In this document: piece by piece, positions 1 to 9,812 of the stretch
Position numbering within the stretch: position 1 is the stretch's first letter
How the letters are laid out: each line of letters opens with the position of its first letter
IMG/VR virus record: IMGVR_UViG_3300028048_001169
Coordinates: 161,071 to 225,070 of that record
Length of the DNA stretch: 64,000 nt
Origin: a virus
Taxonomy: Duplodnaviria; Caudoviricetes
Direction: 5' to 3' (one strand)
The notes under the pieces: generated by a model
The model's input: the letters and a program-made list of their open reading frames with translations, nothing else
Told to the model about the DNA's origin: nothing
Database searches by the model: none
Program-made: the position numbers and the translations under genes

Positions 1-2
1 AG

Positions 3-656
3 CATCCAGAATTCTTTGTACGTGCAAGAGAATTATATACACATATTTCTACAAAGGATAAGATTCAGATTGATGATGGAGAACAAGATGGCCATCTCAA
101 TACAAATTATCATCTAGAGATGAATGTTGTATTACATATGCCTATACCGCATTTCTATGCATATATGGCACAAATACCATTAGCAGATTCCATTACAATA
201 TCTGAGCGTAAACCATCTATGGGAATCTATACAATCAATAACTTTGATATCAAACCACAGAATGAACAAGGATGGCCTTCTATTATGGTTACTTCTTATT
301 TTGCAGAGAAGGATGAAAAGGTAATTGATATATCACCTGTATTTGATTCTAATACTTGGCCTGTAGCAAAAGTATTACATTATGATCAGAAATTAGGAAT
401 TACACCAGAAGGATATCTTGATATTCGTATCATGAGAAATGATATGATTGGTGGTAGAATGGCAGATGCTAGAATTGATTATCGTAATCTAAAGATATAT
501 TTAGATGAGAGTATTGATAAAGAGTGTATGTTTGATATTGTAATATATGCTGATATGGAATATGTAAATTCACAGCTTATTTCATTGGAATCTTATGATA
601 AGTCTCGAGTTAGCTCTGCTCAATTATCAAAACCAGATATTGGTGAAGAATCATAA
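3..656 (+). CDS. 5'-truncated hypothetical protein, possibly virion structural
   Basis: The frame of ORF 120..656 is open back to position 3, so the gene starts upstream of the window. It is followed by a hairpin terminator. Confidence 0.55.
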   Translation, partial: HPEFFVRARELYTHISTKDKIQIDDGEQDGHLNTNYHLEMNVVLHMPIPHFYAYMAQIPLADSITISERKPSMGIYTINNFDIKPQNEQGWPSIMVTSYFAEKDEKVIDISPVFDSNTWPVAKVLHYDQKLGITPEGYLDIRIMRNDMIGGRMADARIDYRNLKIYLDESIDKECMFDIVIYADMEYVNSQLISLESYDKSRVSSAQLSKPDIGEES

Positions 657-661
657 ACAAT

Positions 662-704
662 ATTTAGTCTAGGTTTTTATTGAACCTAGGCTAAATTTAT
701 TTTT
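662..704 (+). terminator. Intrinsic terminator
   Basis: ATTTAGTCTAGGTT (662-675) pairs with AACCTAGGCTAAAT (683-696) with one G-U pair, followed by a T-rich tail. Confidence 0.75.
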
Positions 705-718
705 AATCATATATTATA
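705..718 (+). promoter_or_regulatory. Early-type phage promoter motif AATCATATATTATA
   Basis: One of six intergenic copies of A(A/G)TCATATATTATA; resembles the phiKZ-family early TATATTA core. Confidence 0.7.
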
Positions 719-757
719 AAATGTGTGTGGAAAGAATTAAAAATTATTTAAACCCTT

Positions 758-769
758 ACATCATTATAA
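758..769 (+). promoter_or_regulatory. Late-type promoter motif ACA-N6-TAA
   Basis: ACA TCATTA TAA upstream of the RBS of 795..1574; the motif recurs about 15 times in intergenic regions. Confidence 0.55.
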
Positions 770-794
770 AGATATAAATGGAGGGCTCAATAAT

Positions 795-1574
795 ATGACA
801 GATGAAGAAATAATGATGCTTGAGGGTATTGAGGAAAAACGTGAACGTTGGTCTCAATACACTTGTAATGGTATAAAGGTTCCTAGAGTTAGTGCTATCT
901 TATCAGCAACCATTGGTAAACCATATTTAGAAAGATGGGCTGCAAATCTAGGTTCTAATTATGATATTGAAAAGAAAAAGATTCTTGCTACAGGAACATT
1001 AGCACATGAGATGATTGAAGATTTCTTGATGATTGGACATATAAGAGATCAATATAATATACCAAATTCTAATTTATTAAAAGCTATGAATTGCTATCAT
1101 AACTTTGTAATCTGGTGGAATCATATGAAAGATAATGGGTTTATTATTAAACCATTATTCATAGAGAAACAACTTGTTTGTCCTTTATATGGTGGTACTT
1201 GTGATTTAATTGCAGCTATTACAAATCCATATAATCATATTACAAAGAATTATATTCTAGATTTCAAATCATCAAAAGCTATATCTCCGGATTATTTTAT
1301 ACAAACAGTTCTTTATATGAAAGCAGTTGACTATCAGAGATCAATTGGTAATATAGAACTTCCTGAGATTAGTGGTGTAGGAATTATTCGTGTTGATAAA
1401 GAAAAACAGAATAATTATGAGTTCCTATTAGCAGATAAAGGTACAGATTTTACATTCTTAAATAATATTTCCGCATATGCTGATAATATGGTATACTGGT
1501 TCTACCAGTATCAAAGTATCGAATATCAGTATAAACAATTCAAGAAGAATTTTAAAAATGGAAAGGATGTATAA
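795..1574 (+). CDS. PD-(D/E)XK family exonuclease (lambda-exonuclease/Cas4-like)
   Basis: Motifs PRVSAIL, GTLAHEMIE, YGGTCDL, ILDFKSS and QTVLY. Confidence 0.85.
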   Translation: MTDEEIMMLEGIEEKRERWSQYTCNGIKVPRVSAILSATIGKPYLERWAANLGSNYDIEKKKILATGTLAHEMIEDFLMIGHIRDQYNIPNSNLLKAMNCYHNFVIWWNHMKDNGFIIKPLFIEKQLVCPLYGGTCDLIAAITNPYNHITKNYILDFKSSKAISPDYFIQTVLYMKAVDYQRSIGNIELPEISGVGIIRVDKEKQNNYEFLLADKGTDFTFLNNISAYADNMVYWFYQYQSIEYQYKQFKKNFKNGKDV

Positions 1575-2117
1575 ATGCTACAATCATTTATGGATGCTGC
1601 AAACGATATTGCAGGGATGTACTATAAAAGTAGATTACCAAAGTTCATAAAGAAAAAGCGAATGGATAATGAGTATGTAAAGCTTCAAGAAATTGTAGAT
1701 AATTATTTCAAATTACAGCACGAAGGTGAATTTCATGAATGGGTTAATATATTAGAAGAGAAGAATTTAAAATCTTATGGTATATGTAATCGTATAATGA
1801 ATAATTATATACAGTTTCAGTTTAATATGAGACATGATGATACAGACTATAATGTTATCGTATATGCAACAAAACGATTTATTGTAGGCTATGAATTTAC
1901 ATTCTATATTGTATCACTGAAAACCATGGATACAAATATATCGTTTAATTGTAAATTAGATGATATATTAAATATAAATTCTGGCAAACCACATCACATT
2001 ACATCTGTAAGAGAAAAATTATCCATGTTAGCTAGAAATGAATTTGGTATTCATATTTATAGCAATATGAAGCAATATATTGATACCTATATTAATGATC
2101 TTAAAAAATCAGTATAA
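1575..2117 (+). CDS. Hypothetical protein
   Basis: 180 aa ORF abutting the upstream stop, with an AAGGA RBS. Confidence 0.7.
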   Translation: MLQSFMDAANDIAGMYYKSRLPKFIKKKRMDNEYVKLQEIVDNYFKLQHEGEFHEWVNILEEKNLKSYGICNRIMNNYIQFQFNMRHDDTDYNVIVYATKRFIVGYEFTFYIVSLKTMDTNISFNCKLDDILNINSGKPHHITSVREKLSMLARNEFGIHIYSNMKQYIDTYINDLKKSV

Positions 2118-2125
2118 GTGAGGTA

Positions 2126-2803
2126 ATGATAATGGAAGATACTAATTACACAAGTTACAACCTGTGGATAGAATTATGTAAAGAGGTACAAATGAAACTC
2201 ATTGATCACAGTGAGTATATTCAAGTAGAACAAGAAGTTGAACATGTAGATTACAATCTTTTTGGCAAGCTTCGTAATACAAAGAAAAAGATACTTGTTG
2301 AAGCTAATGACCCAGAGCTTCAAAAAGCAATTGATAATTATACAAAACATGTAAATCATGTTGTAAAATCTCCTATTAAATGGATAGATTTATGGACATT
2401 CTGCCAATTTGTTCGATGGGCTGAGAAATCTATTTTCTTTGTGAATGATAAAGATAATGAATTATATGTAGACTCAGATATCGATAATGTTGATGTGCGA
2501 AGACTTGTTGTTAATGCTACACCAAATGTAATGATTCAGTTAGAGTTAAAACGACAAGTAACTCCTGTGGAAACATTAGAGATCATTGTCATTCAGGTAA
2601 GTCGTAATTATGGAAAGCAGCTAAAGAATCGATATATGGTTGTCAATGGAGAAGTGGATTATCCAGATGGATCAGATCGAGATTTAATGTTAACAATAAA
2701 CACTTATCTCAATAATGCAGTCAAGACTATATCAGATAATATACTAGACTGTATGCTGCATGATTTCAGAGATAAATTAATACATTCAAAGTTTCATTGC
2801 TAG
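2126..2803 (+). CDS. Hypothetical protein
   Basis: 225 aa ORF with a GAGG RBS, in an operon. Confidence 0.7.
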   Translation: MIMEDTNYTSYNLWIELCKEVQMKLIDHSEYIQVEQEVEHVDYNLFGKLRNTKKKILVEANDPELQKAIDNYTKHVNHVVKSPIKWIDLWTFCQFVRWAEKSIFFVNDKDNELYVDSDIDNVDVRRLVVNATPNVMIQLELKRQVTPVETLEIIVIQVSRNYGKQLKNRYMVVNGEVDYPDGSDRDLMLTINTYLNNAVKTISDNILDCMLHDFRDKLIHSKFHC

Positions 2804-2818
2804 AAGGGAGATCAAAAT

Positions 2819-3322
2819 ATGCTATTCAGATTCTACAACAAGGGACTCGTCGATATCAGTACATTGAAGCCAGGGTGGAAGATTGTTTCCACCTTGTATT
2901 TTGAGTATGATAAGATGAATGAATCTTCTGATCATTTAGGAGAACGTGATGTTATAGTAGATATACACTCCGATGTATATGATAATAAACAAGTTCACAA
3001 ACTACAGTCTAATGGTATTCTACTTCTTACAGCAGCTAATAGAGATTCAAATTCAGAATTGAATTGTGATAATGAGCATGATAAAATTATTTTATCAAAA
3101 TTTGTAGAGCCTCTACATGACACTCTAAGTTCTATGTTGTTAGATGATAGTACCATTGATACAATAGTAAATCCACTTGTAGAAAGCTATAGTAGATATG
3201 CTACTGGTAATACTGGAGTTACGGTTGTCTTAGAGTATAATTTTAATAAGCCTGTAACTAACGATGTAAAAGATATTTCTGAAATAGCAACAGTTAAGCA
3301 CTTTATACGTAGAATGGAATAA
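2819..3322 (+). CDS. Hypothetical protein
   Basis: 167 aa ORF with a GGGAG RBS. Confidence 0.7.
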   Translation: MLFRFYNKGLVDISTLKPGWKIVSTLYFEYDKMNESSDHLGERDVIVDIHSDVYDNKQVHKLQSNGILLLTAANRDSNSELNCDNEHDKIILSKFVEPLHDTLSSMLLDDSTIDTIVNPLVESYSRYATGNTGVTVVLEYNFNKPVTNDVKDISEIATVKHFIRRME

Positions 3323-3327
3323 GGAAA

Positions 3328-4440
3328 ATGGAATCTAGAGGTATATTTATAGCAGTTCATATAGCAGATATTCACTTTGCAGCTTTTAATCCCAAGGAAC
3401 AATATGAGATTTTGAAAGAACAATTCTTAGATAAGATTATTAATTATCCTAGAATTGATTGTATCTCTGTTAATGGAGATACATTTGATCATAAGTTGAT
3501 GGGTAATTCTGATGGTATATATTACGCAAGTTTATTTATCGATCAGCTAGTACAGATTGCGAGATCGAAGCATTGTACCTTATTGCTGATCCATGGTACA
3601 TATTCGCATGATGCTGATCAGCTAAAACTGTTTTATCATTATATGGACGATCCTACGGTGGATGTAAGAATCGTAACACAGATACAGTTCGAACAGATTG
3701 GCAATGCTCGAATCTTATGTATTCCTGAATTATATGGTGTTAATGAAGCTGTATATCAAAATGCATTTCATCATGATGGATGGTATGATGAATGCTATCT
3801 TCATGGAACATTTGAAGGATCTGTTTATGGTAATACAGTTGGTAATGGTCGCTTATTCACTATGCAGGATTTCGATCTATGTAAAGGCTTTATGATTGGT
3901 GGTCATGTACATAAACCGCAGGTATTACAAGGATACTTCTATTATTGTGGTAATCCATATCGATGGAAATTTGGTGAGGAAGAAGATAAGGGATTTTTCA
4001 TCACCATTCATGATCTTGATATGAATACGCATGATGTACACTTTGAGAAGATCATGAGTAAATCATATATTACGATAAACTTAGAGGATATTAAGATGAG
4101 TGATCCTCAAGAGATTATTCGTTATATTGATGATTATAAGAAGAATAAAGGAATTGATTTCTTAAAGGTAAAATTTAAGTATGCTTTAGAAGGAGCGAAT
4201 AAAGTTATTGTTAATAACTATTATCGTAATTCTAGAACCGTATTTATTGAATTCTTATCCATTATGGAAGAACAGAAAGCAAAAGCTGAGGCGACTGGGG
4301 AGATCGATGAAGGATATGCTTTCTTATTAGACGACAAATTATCCGATGAAGAAAAGTTTGTGCATTACTGTAATATGCAAGAAGGTTCAGAATTTATTAC
4401 AGTTGATAAACTAAAGGAAATTCTCTCGGAAACATTATAA
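3328..4440 (+). CDS. SbcD/Mre11-like metallophosphoesterase nuclease
   Basis: Calcineurin-like motifs ADIHF, NGDTFD, HGTYSHD, LHG and GGHVHK, plus YCGNP. Confidence 0.9.
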   Translation: MESRGIFIAVHIADIHFAAFNPKEQYEILKEQFLDKIINYPRIDCISVNGDTFDHKLMGNSDGIYYASLFIDQLVQIARSKHCTLLLIHGTYSHDADQLKLFYHYMDDPTVDVRIVTQIQFEQIGNARILCIPELYGVNEAVYQNAFHHDGWYDECYLHGTFEGSVYGNTVGNGRLFTMQDFDLCKGFMIGGHVHKPQVLQGYFYYCGNPYRWKFGEEEDKGFFITIHDLDMNTHDVHFEKIMSKSYITINLEDIKMSDPQEIIRYIDDYKKNKGIDFLKVKFKYALEGANKVIVNNYYRNSRTVFIEFLSIMEEQKAKAEATGEIDEGYAFLLDDKLSDEEKFVHYCNMQEGSEFITVDKLKEILSETL

Positions 4441-4471
4441 TAAATATATACTAGATGGAGGCGATATTCAT

Positions 4472-4873
4472 ATGGTGATATTTATTAGAGAGTTTTTCAC
4501 ATTCATTGGAATATTTAGTACTTTAAACTTCTTCTATAAGATATTCATTGCATATCTTGATATTAAAGAAGGAAGAATTCAATTAGAAGATGAATATTAC
4601 GAAGAAGATTTAGACAAAGATATTCGGTGCAAGAACGGATATCTAGGTGTCTATAAATGTCCATATTGTGATGAAGAGAAAGAAGTAGTATATAACGGTA
4701 TATACCCTAAAACAATTAACTATGCAATTATTCATGTAAAGGAGCATGACTGCAAGTTAAATAAGTTAGAGGATTCCGATACGGTAACTTATGCTTTCCG
4801 ATTAGAATACTACAAAGAACTGACAAAAACAGAATTGGAGAACTACTTAGATAAAGCAAAGCAAGAAGGGTAA
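4472..4873 (+). CDS. Hypothetical membrane-anchored protein with CxxC
   Basis: N-terminal hydrophobic helix, CPYC motif and a GGAGG RBS. Confidence 0.6.
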   Translation: MVIFIREFFTFIGIFSTLNFFYKIFIAYLDIKEGRIQLEDEYYEEDLDKDIRCKNGYLGVYKCPYCDEEKEVVYNGIYPKTINYAIIHVKEHDCKLNKLEDSDTVTYAFRLEYYKELTKTELENYLDKAKQEG

Positions 4874-4907
4874 AATTCCCTTCTTGTTATAATTTATCAC
4901 TGCGATA

Positions 4908-4919
4908 ACACTATGATAA
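4908..4919 (+). promoter_or_regulatory. Late-type promoter AACA-N6-TAA
   Basis: ACA CTATGA TAA between the hairpin at 4862-4886 and the helicase gene. Confidence 0.55.
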
Positions 4920-4961
4920 TTATGTATATTATCTGAGTAGAAATGAAAGAGACAACGGAAT

Positions 4962-6749
4962 ATGAAGATACAAAAGAAAAGTATATCGAAACCAAAGATA
5001 GAAAATCCTAATAGCATGAATATTAGTATTACTTATCTTGATATATTTTGCAAGTATGTCATTACTGATCCTAATAGTGTTAGTATTGCAAACATTGCAA
5101 ATCTTAATCGTATGATGAATGCATTAGATCCTAAAACATATACAACTGATCCGGAAAAGAATAAACGTGTTCAGTTTATTATGCAAGCAATTAATGCACG
5201 ACTAAATCATAACTTAACTGATCGTCAAATGATACTTGCAGAGATTCAATCAAATCTAAAATATGATTTAGATTTCATTGATCCAAATGTAAATCTATCG
5301 GCAGATGAAATTGCAAGAGTAAATGATACAATTGCTGAAGGTTTAAAATATGCATTTGTATTCAAATATGTCGATAAGATTATTGGGGTTTGTACAGATA
5401 TTAAAACATCAGACTTTGATCATAGAGGTCAAGTAATGCCAACTTTGGAGCACATTATTGATGAGACAAAGAATGAGTTCCGTAAAGCAACAGTAAACGA
5501 TGATATTACTGATATGGTATTCTCATTAGATGATGGAGCTTTTGAGGATGTCATGAAACGTATCTATGACTTAAATGCAAATCCTAATAGAAGATTAGTA
5601 ACTGGTATGCAGGGCTTGAATATTATGACCGGTGGTGGATTTGAATCAAGTCGTTGTTATGTTATTCTTGGTATTACAGGTGGTGGTAAATCATTGGTAT
5701 TACTGAATTTAGCATATCAGATTAAGAAGTATAATAAAACATATCAGACAAAAGATCCTACAAAGAGACCAACTGTTACATATCTCACCATGGAGAATAC
5801 AGTATTAGAGACAACCAATAGATTGTTTGATCTAGTAACAGAATCTCAATATAGTATGACAAGTTATAGTTATGAGGAAGTATTACACAAGATGAGAGAA
5901 GAGGGACAGTTAAAAGTAACTGAGAATTCTCCAATCGATATTACAATTATCTATAAACCAAACTTGTCAGTTGATACCGGATATCTATATACATTATATG
6001 ATAATCTTATGGATCAAGGAAAAGAAATGATTTGTTTGATTCAGGATCACTTGATGAGAATTCGTTCTGTCATGTCATCAAATGAACCTCGATTTGAGTT
6101 AGGTAATATCACGAATGAGATTAAGACATTTGGTATCAAGAAAGATATTCCTACAATCACAAACTTCCATCTGAATCGAGATGCCATGATGAAAGTAGAA
6201 AATTCATCTAAGATATCAAAGATTGATGTCACACAGAAATTGGGAAAATCAAATGTCAGTGAGTCAACAATGATTCTGAATAACTGTGATGTAAGTATTA
6301 TCATTAACAAAGATGAAGATGATAAAGGTCAGAGCTATATGGGATTCAATCTGATCAAAATGAGGGATAAGACTAACTTATTCTATTTTGCTCAACCATT
6401 TGCGTATAATAGTACCATCCGATTAATTCAAGATATCAATGGTCCTGCTATGTATAAAGAGCATCTTCATGGAGCTCCTACTAGTACACCAAAAGTTGCA
6501 AATATACGAACTTCTTCTAGTAATATTATGGGATCAATCAATAATATTACATCATTCACAACACCAACAGATGCAACCTTTTCACAAAATCAACCAACCG
6601 ATATTGATGAAGATGAAGAAGAAACAATCATCAAACCAGTAGCAAGAGATCCGTTTATTCGAGGTCTTCCAAAAGTTGATCCTAGAAAAGAAGCAGAAGA
6701 TAAAATGAATGATTTGAAAAGTAAGTTAGCAGCTCGTAGGAACACATAA
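4962..6749 (+). CDS. DnaB-like (SF4) replicative helicase
   Basis: Walker A GITGGGKS, YLTMEN, Walker B-like LIQDHL, HLNR, and K-x-R finger (IKMRD). Confidence 0.88.
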   Translation: MKIQKKSISKPKIENPNSMNISITYLDIFCKYVITDPNSVSIANIANLNRMMNALDPKTYTTDPEKNKRVQFIMQAINARLNHNLTDRQMILAEIQSNLKYDLDFIDPNVNLSADEIARVNDTIAEGLKYAFVFKYVDKIIGVCTDIKTSDFDHRGQVMPTLEHIIDETKNEFRKATVNDDITDMVFSLDDGAFEDVMKRIYDLNANPNRRLVTGMQGLNIMTGGGFESSRCYVILGITGGGKSLVLLNLAYQIKKYNKTYQTKDPTKRPTVTYLTMENTVLETTNRLFDLVTESQYSMTSYSYEEVLHKMREEGQLKVTENSPIDITIIYKPNLSVDTGYLYTLYDNLMDQGKEMICLIQDHLMRIRSVMSSNEPRFELGNITNEIKTFGIKKDIPTITNFHLNRDAMMKVENSSKISKIDVTQKLGKSNVSESTMILNNCDVSIIINKDEDDKGQSYMGFNLIKMRDKTNLFYFAQPFAYNSTIRLIQDINGPAMYKEHLHGAPTSTPKVANIRTSSSNIMGSINNITSFTTPTDATFSQNQPTDIDEDEEETIIKPVARDPFIRGLPKVDPRKEAEDKMNDLKSKLAARRNT

Positions 6750-6755
6750 TAATTT

Positions 6756-6781
6756 TCCCAGTAGTGTTGTTACTACTGGGA
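6756..6781. terminator. Bidirectional terminator hairpin (CCCAGTAG family)
   Basis: TCCCAGTAGT/ACTACTGGGA perfect stem between convergent genes. Confidence 0.75.
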
Positions 6782-6791
6782 TATTATAACC

Positions 6792-7223
6792 TTAGTTAGA
6801 TCCTTGCTTAATATATGTATTTTCTGAAGACAATACATCTGATAAGAACTGTGGTAATAACTCTGGTGATGGCATATATAGATAACGGAATTCAAAATCA
6901 AATTCCTTTGGATCAATAATGCCATTACAAATCAATACAATGAAGTCTAATTGAGTAGATCCGTAGAAATCATACGCAATAATATCTGGAGAATAACGAT
7001 ATCGTGCTTTTTCAGATACAGTGATATTCTCAACTGGAATTCGAAAGCAGATCTTTTTCAGTTCGTCGATATATAAATTTAGAATATTATCGTCAACGAA
7101 CTTACCATTAGGAGTATTACGTATAACACTAAAATTTGGATAAGACGTTTCATCAGAAGCTTTACCTTCTTTGATAAAATCTGATATAGTATACGTCATT
7201 TCTGGGTTTGATACTGTTGCCAT
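6792..7223 (-). CDS. Baseplate wedge protein, T4 gp53-like (LysM-like)
   Basis: The signature RYSPDIIAYDFYGSTQLDFIVLICNGIIDP, an AGGAGG RBS and a late promoter motif. Confidence 0.7.
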   Translation of the reverse strand: MATVSNPEMTYTISDFIKEGKASDETSYPNFSVIRNTPNGKFVDDNILNLYIDELKKICFRIPVENITVSEKARYRYSPDIIAYDFYGSTQLDFIVLICNGIIDPKEFDFEFRYLYMPSPELLPQFLSDVLSSENTYIKQGSN

Positions 7224-7236
7224 ATAGATACCTCCT

Positions 7237-7248
7237 TTAATTAGATGT
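7237..7248 (-). promoter_or_regulatory. Late-type promoter ACA-N6-TAA
   Basis: Minus strand reads TTC ACA TCTAAT TAA immediately before AGGAGG. Confidence 0.6.
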
Positions 7249-7263
7249 GAAAAAGAATAAATC

Positions 7264-7277
7264 AGTCATATATTATA
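7264..7277 (+). promoter_or_regulatory. Early-type promoter AGTCATATATTATA
   Basis: Copy of the 14-mer motif upstream of the beta'/helicase operon. Confidence 0.72.
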
Positions 7278-7295
7278 GATATAAGGAGGAAAGTC

Positions 7296-7445
7296 ATGAA
7301 GAATAAACCACCAATATTTCCACCAATCTTTTTCTATATATTAGTTATCATATTATGTATTGTCTTAGCAGTTGCGGGATTTCATTTATGGAAACTAATT
7401 ATAGAATCAGATTTACCACTATGGTTGAAGTTTTTACTTAGTTAA
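7296..7445 (+). CDS. Small membrane protein, 49 aa (not in the ORF track)
   Basis: AAGGAGG RBS, then MKNKPPIFPPIFFYILVIILCIVLAVAGFHLWKLIIESDLPLWLKFLLS*. Confidence 0.7.
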   Translation: MKNKPPIFPPIFFYILVIILCIVLAVAGFHLWKLIIESDLPLWLKFLLS

Positions 7446-7465
7446 TATTTGTAAAGGAGAGCAAA

Positions 7466-9568
7466 ATGCATTTAGAGAATTATGGTATCTATAAGGATCT
7501 TGTAGAAAATGGTGAAATCAATATCGATACAAGTATATTGAATACAACAAATATTGATGATCATTTTAAATGGATTCACAATATTTTATCTGATGGTATT
7601 GAGAAACCAGAGATACAGAGCTTAAAGATTCACATTACATTTGTAGATGGTGTAAAGATTAATCTCTTTATAGAAGATTATATGTTTAATCTAATCTTCT
7701 GGAGCATTAGTCTATCTGCAAATCATCCAGTGTCCTCATTCTATTTCTTTAATTGTGTAACAGAACCAGTTACAAAAGGTAGTATAAAGAAATGGATTGA
7801 TCAAAAATTTATTGCTATCAATTTAAAATCAATGGATAATATCCATATGAATCAGTCAATCGATAGAGGTATTTATAAGTTTACTCTGTTAGAGAACTTC
7901 CAGATGTATTTGGCAAATACAGTAAACTTGGAAGATACGATTGCCTTGATGGAGAAGTATCCGGAATTCAACGATACAGTTCACTTTGATCCTACAGGTA
8001 TTCCTATTGAGGATGTAAAAGAAGAAGGTATGAAAGCAACCAACATTCAGATCAATTATATTAAGAATTCTGATCACTGTTTGAAAGATGCTTTTATTGC
8101 TGGTGAAGGAATTAATGCAAAGCAGTATAAAGAAGTATCTGTTAATATTGGTCCTAAACCAGATGGTCAAGGTGGTGTATTCCCGCATCCAATCATGGGA
8201 TCATTTATCAATGGTGGATTAAAGAATGCAGAAGAAATCATTGTAGAATCATCCATTGGTAGAATTGCTCAGATATTACAGAAACAGAACGTTGGTCAAT
8301 CTGGAGCATTTGCTAGAAACCTTGGTCTTAATAACCAAGATTCTAGTCTATATCCAGATCCAGATTATGTATGTAATACCAGAAACTTTGAGGTAATCGA
8401 GATTGTAAATAAGGATATGCTCGATGAATTAAATATGCGGTATTATCGAACAAACCCTAGAGGTATCGATTATTGTATCAATGCGTCAAAAGATAAGCAT
8501 TTGATTGGTCAGACAATTTATCTTCGATCCCCAATGACATGTGCATCTGCTGCTAGAGGTCAGGGTATCTGCTATAAGTGTTATGGTGATTTAGCATATG
8601 TTAATCGCGATATCAATATAGGACAGATTGCATCAGAGCAGTTATCTGCTGTATATACTCAGACATTATTATCAGCAAAGCATCTGTTAGAATCAGCAAT
8701 CGTTAAGATGAACTGGACAGAAGGATTCTTCAATGTCTTTGATGTAGAGTATAACCAGATTACATTCAAAGAGGATATGAATTATCGTGGTTATAAGTTA
8801 ATCATTAATGATTATTATGATGACGATGATGAAGAAGGTGATAATGGAGATCTTACTACATATGTAAATTCTTTTGATATCAAGTTTCCAGATGGTGGCA
8901 TTGTTACAATGAGAACTACATCAGATAATGATGCTGAATTTGATCAGATCTTTATTCATGATGAATTACTTGAATATATGCAGCGTGTAGGAACTGTAGA
9001 TGATGAGAGTGATCGTTATGAGTTAGATCTAAACAAGATGCAGGATTTATCTGCTCTGTTTGTAGTAGAGGTTAAGAACAATGAGTTGTCTAAGACTATG
9101 AAATCTATTAAGAATATTATTGATAATAAGAAGATAACAAAGTCTTATGATCGTAATTCTATCTTATCCGATTTCATTACAACAAACTTAGCTGGAAATA
9201 TCAAAATGGATTCTGTGCATTTTGAGGTATTGCTAATGAATCAGATTCGAGCAGCTGATGATATTTTAGAGTTACCGGATTGGTCATTAGAGAATGAGCC
9301 TTGCCAGATTCTTACATTGAATGAGTCATTGACAAATAACCGTTCTATTTCTGTACGTCTACAGTCTTCTAAGATTGCTCGTACATTAACATCACCATCT
9401 AATCGTCAATTATCACAGCCTTCTAATATGGATCTATTCTACATGGAGCAGCCTCAGAAATTCATGACAGATGAGTATGTAAAGTCAACATATGATCCTA
9501 ATAAGAAGAATAAGAGAGTTATTAAGAAACCTCTCTATAAGATTGTTGACGACACTGAGATTAAATAA
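7466..9568 (+). CDS. Split RNA polymerase beta' C-terminal subunit, probably of the non-virion RNAP
   Basis: Bridge helix (KQNVGQSGAFARNL), beta' Zn site (LRSPMTC...GICYKCYG) and trigger loop (IGQIASEQLSAVYTQTLLSAKH). No DxDGD. Preceded by the early promoter. Confidence 0.88.
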   Translation: MHLENYGIYKDLVENGEINIDTSILNTTNIDDHFKWIHNILSDGIEKPEIQSLKIHITFVDGVKINLFIEDYMFNLIFWSISLSANHPVSSFYFFNCVTEPVTKGSIKKWIDQKFIAINLKSMDNIHMNQSIDRGIYKFTLLENFQMYLANTVNLEDTIALMEKYPEFNDTVHFDPTGIPIEDVKEEGMKATNIQINYIKNSDHCLKDAFIAGEGINAKQYKEVSVNIGPKPDGQGGVFPHPIMGSFINGGLKNAEEIIVESSIGRIAQILQKQNVGQSGAFARNLGLNNQDSSLYPDPDYVCNTRNFEVIEIVNKDMLDELNMRYYRTNPRGIDYCINASKDKHLIGQTIYLRSPMTCASAARGQGICYKCYGDLAYVNRDINIGQIASEQLSAVYTQTLLSAKHLLESAIVKMNWTEGFFNVFDVEYNQITFKEDMNYRGYKLIINDYYDDDDEEGDNGDLTTYVNSFDIKFPDGGIVTMRTTSDNDAEFDQIFIHDELLEYMQRVGTVDDESDRYELDLNKMQDLSALFVVEVKNNELSKTMKSIKNIIDNKKITKSYDRNSILSDFITTNLAGNIKMDSVHFEVLLMNQIRAADDILELPDWSLENEPCQILTLNESLTNNRSISVRLQSSKIARTLTSPSNRQLSQPSNMDLFYMEQPQKFMTDEYVKSTYDPNKKNKRVIKKPLYKIVDDTEIK

Positions 9569-9593
9569 TTAGTTTTACGAAGGAGAGCATATC

Positions 9594-9812
9594 ATGAAAA
9601 CCATTGCATGGATTGTACTAGCAGGTACAATATTAATCAATATAATTGTTCAGCTTATCTTATATCTAGTATTAGGTAGAAAGTTAAAGCAGAAAGAAGC
9701 ATTAACTATCAATATCGTTAAATGGTTATCATTCATTGGTACAATCGATATGCTCTTCTTTGTAGCTAGTTTAGTTATTCTGATTATGTATCAAGCTAAG
9801 GGGATTATGTAA
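9594..9812 (+). CDS. Small two-TM membrane protein
   Basis: Two hydrophobic helices and a GGAG RBS. Confidence 0.65.
   Translation: MKTIAWIVLAGTILINIIVQLILYLVLGRKLKQKEALTINIVKWLSFIGTIDMLFFVASLVILIMYQAKGIM

Noticed and set aside
758-769. Claim that the genome contains deoxyuridine like AR9/PBS1
   Set aside because: This cannot be seen from sequence; the -11 A of the AR9 promoter is not conserved and no Ugi or dUTP-pathway gene is recognisable here.
795-1574. CRISPR-associated Cas4
   Set aside because: It lacks the four-Cys Fe-S pattern, no cas genes are nearby, and it sits in a recombination operon.
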